NCBI GenBank assembly: GCA_963717505.1
Contig: OY970342.1
Coordinates: 544,001 to 608,000 of the forward strand
DNA length: 64,000 bases
DNA from: Candidatus Eiseniibacteriota bacterium
GTDB taxonomy: Bacteria > Eisenbacteria > RBG-16-71-46
Direction: 5' to 3'
Of this stretch, positions 20,094 through 28,500 are shown piece by piece. The notes below the pieces were generated by a model. The model saw only the letters and a list, made by a program, of their open reading frames with translations. It ran no database searches and was not told the origin of the DNA. Positions within the stretch are counted from its first letter, which is position 1, and the number at the start of each line of letters is the position of its first letter. The position numbers and the translations under genes are program-made.

Positions 20094-23000
20094 ATGCAGA
20101 GTATCCGGGTTCATCCAGCACGACACGGGCGCCCCGCGGAGTTCCACTCCGCGACGGGCGCCGTCGTGCTGGTATGCGTATTGGCCGGCACTGCGTTTTT
20201 TTTCACGCGCGCGCACGCGATTCCATATACGCGCGGCACCGCATCCCCGCTGGCGACGGTTTCCGGGCCGCCGCCCGGCGCTCTCGTCGACAACACGGCG
20301 TTCGCGGCTGGACTCGACTCGGCAACCGCGACCCCGCTCAACGTCGCCTCGAACCCGGTGAGAACGATCGTCGGCACGTTCGAGCGGCTGGCATGGGACG
20401 GCCCGTTCGGAGCACAGGTTCCGCAGGGCACGAGAGCGACGTTTCGCCACCGACTGGCCAACACGGGCAACGTTTCCTCGGAAGTGCGCCTCGACGTCGC
20501 GAATTCGTTCGGCGACGGCTTCGATCTCGCGAACTTCTCGCTCGCCCGTGACGACGACGCCGACGGCGTCCCGAGCCCGGGCGACAGCTCGATCGCGCTC
20601 GGAGACGCGATTCTCGTGCCTGCCGACGCGGTCGTGGACCTGCTGGTCGGCTTCGACGTTCCGGCCGGCACTCCGGCGGCGGTCGCAGCCGAGTTCATGC
20701 TGTCGGCGACGACGCTCGACCAGGCGGTGGTCGCGGCCGTCGTCGACACCGTGCGCACTCCCGCCGGTCCGACGCTGGCGTTCTACCGCGACGGCACTTA
20801 TGCCGCAACCACGCAGATCGCCGCCGGCGGCGCGAACCTGTTCGTCGAGGCCGGCGCGGTCGGCTGCAACCTGCGGCCGTTTGCCGCCGATACGCTCGCG
20901 ATCACGCTCCGCTCGCTGCGCCTCGGCGACCTCGAGACGTTCACCGCCATCGAGACGGGACCGGCCACCGGGCGCTTCCGCATCGGCCCGTTCGTCGGCA
21001 CCGTGCTCACGCCGCCGGGCGTCACCCCCTACACCCTGGGTGTGCTCGAGACCGAAGCCAACGACGAGTTGGTCGCGAGCTTCGTCGGCTGTGGTGCGGT
21101 GCTCACCGAAGCGCGGCTGTGGATCGAGCCGGCCGGCGTCGCGTTCGATGCGCTCAGCAACTTCCCGGTGGCCGGCGTCCAGATCTCGCTGATCGACGTC
21201 ACCGGCCAGGGCAACGGCGGCTTCGCGGGCGGGCCGGCGCGCGTCTTCCAATCGGATGGCGTCACCCCGGCGCCCGACGCCGTCGTGACTGCATTCGATG
21301 GCCGCTATCTCTTCCCCTACGTGCTGGCCAGCACCTACCAGCTGAACGTGACGGCACCGGTCGACTACGCGTTTCCTTCGCAGGTCGCTCCCAGTGGGCT
21401 GCCCGTTGGCCACGTGATCGACGCTCAGGGCTCGTATGGCGCGCCGTTCGTGATCGCGACCGATGGCCCGCCGATCCGGCACGACGTTCCCCTCGATCCT
21501 CTCGGTGCGGCGGGTCTGCGCGTCGAGCTGACGGCGGCTCGGAACACGGCTGAGATCGGCGACGCCATCGATTTCACCGCGCGCGTGAGCAACGCTTCGG
21601 GCCGTCCGGTCGGGATGACTCAGCTGGCGATCGCATTGCCGCCGGGCTTTGCCTATCTGCCCGGCACGACCCGCCGCGACACGCTCTCTGCGCCCGATCC
21701 GGCCGGTGGGGCCGGCCCTTCGCTCGCGTTCGACGCCGGGGCCCTCGGCATCGGCGGTACCGCGACCGTTCGCTACCGGGTGCGCATCGGCGCCGGCGCC
21801 GAGCCCGGCGAGGCGCTGAGTCGCGCGAGTGCCACCGCGATCAACGCGACCTCGAACGTGGCCACGGCATCGGTGCTGATCGTGGACGGAGTGTTCGCCG
21901 ATGAAGCCGGCGTGCTCGGCACGGTGTTCGTGGACCTGAACGGCGATGGCCGCCGCAGTGCCGGCGACCCCGGACTTCCCGGCGTGCGCCTGGTGCTCGA
22001 CGACGGGACGTTTGCGGTCACCGACGGCGCCGGGCAGTACAGCCTCTACGGCCTGACGCCGCGCACGCACGGCCTGCGCGTCGATCCGTCGTCGCTCCCG
22101 GATGGCGCGGAAATGCTGGCCCTCGACCACCGCGATGCCGGAACGCCGGGGCTGCGCTTCGTCGATCTGCAGCGCGGCGACTTCCAGCGCGCGGACTTCG
22201 GCGTCGCGCCCGATTCGGCGACGCGCGTGGCGCCCGAGGAACGGCGCAAGGTGATCGCGTATTCCGGCGGCGAACTGGCCCCGACCGTTCGCCGTCCCCT
22301 GCCGGTCCAGGAGTTCGAGACCACGCCCGGCGATCCCCGGGCGCGGCCGACCTCAGGGGTCCTGGGCGAGTCGGGCCCGGCCCCGCTCGAACCACCGAAA
22401 CGCGGGGAATCCGCCGATCCGGCGACACCGACGATCTCGGCGCACGAAGGCGGAACGCGCGGGCGGCTTCCTCAGCCCGAGATGCCGGCTTTGCTGGCGT
22501 CGAACACCAGCGACCTCATCGATCCGGCGGACGGACTGTCCGGCACTCAGCCTTTCGGCTTCGTGGGCCGGCGGAACGGCGACACACTGAGCACCGACCA
22601 AATCACCGTGCGGGTTGCCGGACGCGCCGCCTTCGCGCTCGAGCTGCGCGTGAACGGCGACCTGGTGCCGCTGACCCGCGTCGGCACGCGACGCATCGAC
22701 GCCGACGCCGGGCTCCAGACCTGGGACTACATCGGCGTCCGCCTGCACCCGGGGCTCAACCAGCTCGAGCTGACCGAGCGCGCGACTGACGGCACCGCCG
22801 GCGCGCACGCCACGCTCGCGCTGGTGGCTCCGGACCGCCTGGGAACGCTCGAAATCACAGCACCCGAACGGGCCCCCGCCGACGGTCGCCGGCTCGCGTT
22901 CGTGCAAGTGCGAGCCGTCGATGAGCGCGGGGTGCCGATTGCCGGCCGCCTGGCGGTGACGCTGGTCGCCACGTTCGGCGAGTGGCAGATCGACGACGCT

Positions 23001-25586
23001 GATGGCTTCGCGCCGGGGGTTCAGACGGTGATCGAAGGCGGGGTCGCGGAGTTCGGACTCAGGACCCCGCGCGATCCGTGCCTGGCGACGATCACAGTCG
23101 CCGCCAGCGACCGACGCGCCGAGACTCAGATCGAATTCGTGCCCGACTTGCGGCCGCTGGTCGCGGTCGGCACCGCGGAATGGCAGGTGGGCTGGAACCA
23201 TCGCCTGAGCGGCTTCGCGACCTCGTATCGCGCGCGCACCGGATTCGAGCAGGCGTACTCGAGCATGGTCACCGAAGGCGTCGACGGCCGGCTGAGCGGC
23301 GGGGCGCGCGCGTCGCTGTTCGCCAAGGGTCGCGTCGGTCGCGATCTGCTGTTGACGCTGGGCTACGATTCCGATCGGCCGTCCGACCTCCGCCGCTTCC
23401 GCGACATCCAGCCCGACGCGTTCTACCCGCTCTATGGCGACGGTTCGGTGCGCGGCTACGACGCGCAGTCGTCGGGCAGCCTGTTCGCACGGCTCGACCG
23501 TCGCGGCGCGTCCCTGCTCTACGGCGACTTCATCACCGCCTCGTCGGGCAGTGCGCGCAGCCTGTCGACCTACAGCCGCAGCCTGACCGGAGTGCAGCAG
23601 CACTTCGAGAACCGGCGGACACGGGTGGACGCGTTCGCCAGCCGCGGCCGAGCGCGGCAGACGGTCGACGAGCTGCGCGGTCTCGGCGTCTCCGGCCCCT
23701 ACACTCTGTCGCGCACGCCGATCGTCGAGAACAGCGAACAGGTCGAGATCCTGGTGCGCGATCGCAACCAGCCGGGCGTCGTGCTGTCGGCGTCGGCGCG
23801 AACGCGATTCACCGACTACGAGGTCGACCCGTACACCGGCCGCCTGCTGTTCAAGCAACCGATTCCCAGCCACGACGGCGACCTGAATCCGGTGTCGATC
23901 CGCGTGGCCTACGAGACCCGTGACGGCGGCAATCCCTACTGGGTGGGCGGCGTCGAGACCCGCTTCAAGATCGATCCGCGGCTCGAAGTCGGCGGCAGCG
24001 TGGTCGCCGACGACGACGTCACGAACCCCTATCGACTCGGCAGCCTCTATGCCGGCGCGCGCATCGACGACGCGACCGAAGTCGAGGGCGAGTTCGCGCG
24101 CACCACCGCCGGCGGCAGTCCGGCGCTCGGCTGGCGGATGGAGGCGCGTCACGATCGCGTCGGGACCCAGGGCCGCTTCTGGGCGGCGAGCACTGACACC
24201 GGTTTCGCGAACCCGCACGCCGGCTACGCGCCCGGGCGCACGGAGCTGGGACTGCGCTGGTCGCATCGCCTCGACGAGCGCGCTCGTTTCCTGTCGGAGG
24301 GCATGTACACGGCCGAACCGGGGGGCGATCGCCGCGGCGGATTCCTGGTCGGCGTCGATCGCGGGCTCAGCTCGACGACGCGCGGCGAGTTCGGCATGCG
24401 TATCGCCGCCGAGCAGCGGGCGGTGGGCGAATCCGATCCGGCCAGCGTGGCACTGCGCGCGAAGCTCACGGCACAGGCCCCGGGCCACCCCGAACTCAGC
24501 GGCTTCGCCGAGCTCGAGCAGGACATGATCGAGTTCGACCGCCGACTGGCGGCGGTCGGCGGTGAATACCGCTTCAGCGCACGCGGCCGCCTGTACGCGC
24601 GCCACGAGCTGGCCTCGACCCTCACCGGCCCGTTCGCGCTGACTGCCGGGCAGCGCCGCCTGGCCACGGTGGTCGGAGTCGACGCCGACGTGACGCGCGG
24701 CGCCCATCTGTTCAGCGAATACCGCCTGGCCGACGCGTTCGCTGCCCGCGAGGCCGAGGCGGTGCTCGGCCTGCGGAATGCCTGGCAGGTCGGCGACTAC
24801 CGGATCAACACGTCGTTCGAGCGCGTGAGCCCGCTCGATGCGACCTCGACCGGGCCGACCACCGCGCTCGCCGGTGGCCTCGAAGCCATGGCCGACCCCG
24901 CGATCAAGATGGCTCTGCGCATGGAAGGTCGGACATCGCGGGCGAACGACGGCTACCTGACGACGATGGCCGCGGCGTTCCGGGTCGATCGCGCGTGGAG
25001 CGTGGTCGCGCGCACGCTCGCCGACCTCAACACCGGCCGTGACCGCGGCAACACGTTGCGGCTGCGGAACCAGATCGGCTTCTCGTTCCGTCATCCGGAC
25101 CTCGAGGTGCTCGATGCGCTCGGGCGCTACGAAATGCGCCTCGACCGCGAGCCGACCGACGCCACGCGCCGCACGCGCCACCTGGCGCACGTCCTTTCGT
25201 TCCACACCACCGGTCGCCTGTACGAGTCGTTCGAGACGTCGTTCGCCTGGGCGGCAAAGCTGGCCGACGAGAGCGCGGACGGCCTGGTCACGCACTCGAC
25301 CGCACAGTGGCTACACGGCCGCGTCGCGCGCGGATTCGCCAAGCACTGGGACGCGGGAGTTCACGGGAGCACGCTGATGGGCTCGGGATCGGAGCGCACC
25401 GGGCTCGGCGCCGAGATCGGCCGGCAGATGCAGCCGGGCGTCTGGATGTCGGCCGGCTGGAATCGCTTCGGCTACTTCGATCCCGATCTGCCCGACGAGG
25501 CCTACACGCGCGCCGGCTTCTACCTGCGGGTGCGCGCCCGCTTCGACGAATCGATCGTCGGCCGCATCGCCGGAGGTGGCCGATGA
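20094..25586 (+). CDS. Large secreted protein: Ig/DUF11/SdrD-B-like domains plus C-terminal outer-membrane beta-barrel (candidate anchor/translocon), 1830 aa
   Basis: Hydrophobic leader ending RAHA; GTVFVDLNGDG SdrD-B-like motif; about 800 aa of amphipathic strands from about 23150 ending GFYLRVRARF. Start position is uncertain. Confidence 0.82.
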   Translation: MQSIRVHPARHGRPAEFHSATGAVVLVCVLAGTAFFFTRAHAIPYTRGTASPLATVSGPPPGALVDNTAFAAGLDSATATPLNVASNPVRTIVGTFERLAWDGPFGAQVPQGTRATFRHRLANTGNVSSEVRLDVANSFGDGFDLANFSLARDDDADGVPSPGDSSIALGDAILVPADAVVDLLVGFDVPAGTPAAVAAEFMLSATTLDQAVVAAVVDTVRTPAGPTLAFYRDGTYAATTQIAAGGANLFVEAGAVGCNLRPFAADTLAITLRSLRLGDLETFTAIETGPATGRFRIGPFVGTVLTPPGVTPYTLGVLETEANDELVASFVGCGAVLTEARLWIEPAGVAFDALSNFPVAGVQISLIDVTGQGNGGFAGGPARVFQSDGVTPAPDAVVTAFDGRYLFPYVLASTYQLNVTAPVDYAFPSQVAPSGLPVGHVIDAQGSYGAPFVIATDGPPIRHDVPLDPLGAAGLRVELTAARNTAEIGDAIDFTARVSNASGRPVGMTQLAIALPPGFAYLPGTTRRDTLSAPDPAGGAGPSLAFDAGALGIGGTATVRYRVRIGAGAEPGEALSRASATAINATSNVATASVLIVDGVFADEAGVLGTVFVDLNGDGRRSAGDPGLPGVRLVLDDGTFAVTDGAGQYSLYGLTPRTHGLRVDPSSLPDGAEMLALDHRDAGTPGLRFVDLQRGDFQRADFGVAPDSATRVAPEERRKVIAYSGGELAPTVRRPLPVQEFETTPGDPRARPTSGVLGESGPAPLEPPKRGESADPATPTISAHEGGTRGRLPQPEMPALLASNTSDLIDPADGLSGTQPFGFVGRRNGDTLSTDQITVRVAGRAAFALELRVNGDLVPLTRVGTRRIDADAGLQTWDYIGVRLHPGLNQLELTERATDGTAGAHATLALVAPDRLGTLEITAPERAPADGRRLAFVQVRAVDERGVPIAGRLAVTLVATFGEWQIDDADGFAPGVQTVIEGGVAEFGLRTPRDPCLATITVAASDRRAETQIEFVPDLRPLVAVGTAEWQVGWNHRLSGFATSYRARTGFEQAYSSMVTEGVDGRLSGGARASLFAKGRVGRDLLLTLGYDSDRPSDLRRFRDIQPDAFYPLYGDGSVRGYDAQSSGSLFARLDRRGASLLYGDFITASSGSARSLSTYSRSLTGVQQHFENRRTRVDAFASRGRARQTVDELRGLGVSGPYTLSRTPIVENSEQVEILVRDRNQPGVVLSASARTRFTDYEVDPYTGRLLFKQPIPSHDGDLNPVSIRVAYETRDGGNPYWVGGVETRFKIDPRLEVGGSVVADDDVTNPYRLGSLYAGARIDDATEVEGEFARTTAGGSPALGWRMEARHDRVGTQGRFWAASTDTGFANPHAGYAPGRTELGLRWSHRLDERARFLSEGMYTAEPGGDRRGGFLVGVDRGLSSTTRGEFGMRIAAEQRAVGESDPASVALRAKLTAQAPGHPELSGFAELEQDMIEFDRRLAAVGGEYRFSARGRLYARHELASTLTGPFALTAGQRRLATVVGVDADVTRGAHLFSEYRLADAFAAREAEAVLGLRNAWQVGDYRINTSFERVSPLDATSTGPTTALAGGLEAMADPAIKMALRMEGRTSRANDGYLTTMAAAFRVDRAWSVVARTLADLNTGRDRGNTLRLRNQIGFSFRHPDLEVLDALGRYEMRLDREPTDATRRTRHLAHVLSFHTTGRLYESFETSFAWAAKLADESADGLVTHSTAQWLHGRVARGFAKHWDAGVHGSTLMGSGSERTGLGAEIGRQMQPGVWMSAGWNRFGYFDPDLPDEAYTRAGFYLRVRARFDESIVGRIAGGGR

Positions 25587-28500
25587 GCCGCGACCTCCTC
25601 CGCCGCATGGCGAGCGCGTGGGTCCGGATTCTCGGCGGGCTCGCGGTGGCCGGTTGCCTGTCGGCATCGCCCGCAGCGGCCCAGGTGTTCCGCAACTTCA
25701 CGCCGCGATTCACCACCAACACCACCGGCGACATCACCCTGGTCGGCAACACGATCATGAGCTGCAGCGCCGGCGGCGGCTGCACCACCGCACGCAACGG
25801 CGGCGGCGGCAACCAGAACAACAACGATTGGAACATGCAGTACGTGGACGTCGACGGCGACGGCACCACGTTCAGCTCGAGCCGCGCCACGCTCACGCTC
25901 CCGGTCGGCGCCACGGTGGTGTGGGCCGGACTCTACTGGGGCGGCAACTCCAACAACGCCAACCGCAACACGTGTCGGTTCGCGTCCCCGGCTGCGGCCT
26001 ACGCGACGCTGACCGCCGATCAGCTCGACAACACCGGGTCGGCATACTCGGCGTTCGAGGACGTCACGGCGCGCGTCCAGACCGGCGGCAGCGGCCAGTA
26101 CACAGTGGGCAACGTCTACTCGACCACTGGCACCAACAACTACGGCGGCTGGTCGCTGGTGGTCGTTTATCAGCTCGCGAGCGCGCCGGCTCGCAACCTG
26201 GTGGTGTTCGACGGCTACGCCGAAGTCGCCCCCGGAGCCTCGGTCAACATCGCGGTCAGCGGCTTCCTGACCCCGCCGGCCGGCGCGGTGAACACCACGC
26301 TGGGTGCGGTGACCTACGAAGGCGACCGCGGCTTCACCGGCGATGACTTCGACCTGAACGGCATCGTGCTCTCCGACGGCGACAATCCGGCCAACAACTT
26401 CTTCAACAGCTCGATCGCCCTCCTCGACGTCCAGTTCACCAACAAGAACCCGAACTACGTGAACCAGCTCGGCTTCGACGCCGACCTGGTGAACGCGAGC
26501 GGCATCCTGGCCAACGGCGCGACCAGCGCCACGATCCAGCTCAGCTCGACCGACGATCGCTTCTACCCGGCCGCGGTCACGTTCGCCACCGACCTCTACG
26601 TGCCGGTGTTGAGCGGCAACGGCTTCACCAAGCTGGTCGCCGATTTGAACGGGGCGCCGGCCCGTCCGGGCGACGTCCTCGAGTACACAGTGTTCCTGCG
26701 CAACACCGGCAACGACGCGTCGCTCAACACCGTCGCGCGCGACACGATCCCGGCGAACACCGCCTACGTGGCCGGTTCGATGACCGTGCTCAACGGTCCC
26801 AACGCCGGCGCCAAGAGCGACGGCGCTGGCGACGACCAGGCCGAGTTCGACGTCGCCGGCAACCGCGTGGTGTTCCGCCTCGGGACCGGAGCCAATGCGG
26901 CGAATGGCGGCCAGCTGAGCCCGGGGGTTCAGACCTCGTTCCGGTTCCGCGCGGTCGTCACCTCGCCGTCGCCGACCGGCACCGTGGTCTCGAATCAGGC
27001 GGTCGCCAACTTCAACGCCGCCCAGCTCGGCACGGCACTCGTTTCGATCAGCGATGCCGACACGATCACCGCCGGCACGCAACGCACCAACGTCACGGTG
27101 ACCGCGCCGACCCTGTCGGGCGTGGTCTTCGAAGATCCGAACTACGGCGGTGGGGCCGGCCGGAATCGCGTGACATCGTCGGGAGTCGTGCGGCCGGGCG
27201 CGCGCGTCGAGCTGTACAACGCGGCCGGCGCGTTCCAGTCGTTCAGCACCACCAATGCCTCGGGGGTCTACAGCTTCAACGGCTGGGGCCCGGGCGGCTA
27301 CACGGTACGCGTGGTCAACAGCACGGTGAGCTCGTCGCGCGCCGGCGCGGTGGCCGGGCTGCTCCCGGTGCAGACCTTCCGCACCAACGCCGCGACCGGG
27401 GTTGCGGTGGACGACGCGCAGCGCGTCGGCGGCGAGAGCCCCGGACTGCAGGACGCCGGATCCAACCTGACCAACGCGACTTTGGCGTCGCTGACCACCG
27501 CGTCCGCAACCCCGCAATCGATCGCACCGGTGACTCTGGGCACCGCCGATCTGTCGGGGGTCGAGTTCGGTTTCAACTTCAGCACCATCGTCAACGCCAA
27601 CGACAGCGGTTTCGGGAGCCTGCGCCAGTTCCTGATCAACGCCAACGCACTGGCGAACACCGGCCTGGCCCAGGCCGGACTTCCGGCCGGGATCGAGCAC
27701 GCGATCTTCATGGTCACCGACGGTGCGGCGCACCCGGGCCTGCGCGCCGGCCTGCCGAACCTGCTGACCGGCGGCGTGGTCGCGATCAACGTGCTCAGCA
27801 CGCTGCCGTCGATCACCGGTGCATCGACCACCATCGACGGCGGGCTCCAGACCGCGAACGTCGGCGACACCAACCCCGGCACGCTCGGGACCGGGGGCTC
27901 GGCCGGCGTCGACCTGCTGTCGCTGCCGGCGGTCGCCCGGCCCGAGGTCGAGATTCGCGACGGCGCCGCCCTGGCGCTCGGGCTCGACCTCATGGCGAGC
28001 GACATCACGCTCGCCCGTCTCGCGGCCTACGGCTTCGGCAACGCCCCGGGAAACAACAACAGCGCCGTGGTACGCGTCTGGACCAATGGCCTGCGCGCGA
28101 TCCTCGACGGCTGCGTCCTGGGCACCAGCGCCTCGAGCTTCACCGATCCCGGCGCCGGCGTGCGTTCGGGCGGCGACGTCGTGCGCTCGGCGGGGGGCGA
28201 CGACGGCATTGTGCGCAACAGCCTGATCGGATTCGGCGCCGGGTCGGGCATCGCACTCGCCGGCACCTCCAATGGCTGGCAGATCCTGACGAACGAGATT
28301 CGTGGCAACGCGATCGGCAACTCGACGCGCGACGGCATCAGCATCGAAGCCGGCGCCACCGAGTTGGTTCGCGGCAACCTGATCGCGAGCCACGAGGGCT
28401 GCGGCATCGACGCCGGAGCCAGTACCGGCGGCAACACCTTCGTGAACAACACGGTGACGCGCAGCGGCCTCGGTGCGGGTGCCGCCGAGACTCCCGGCGT

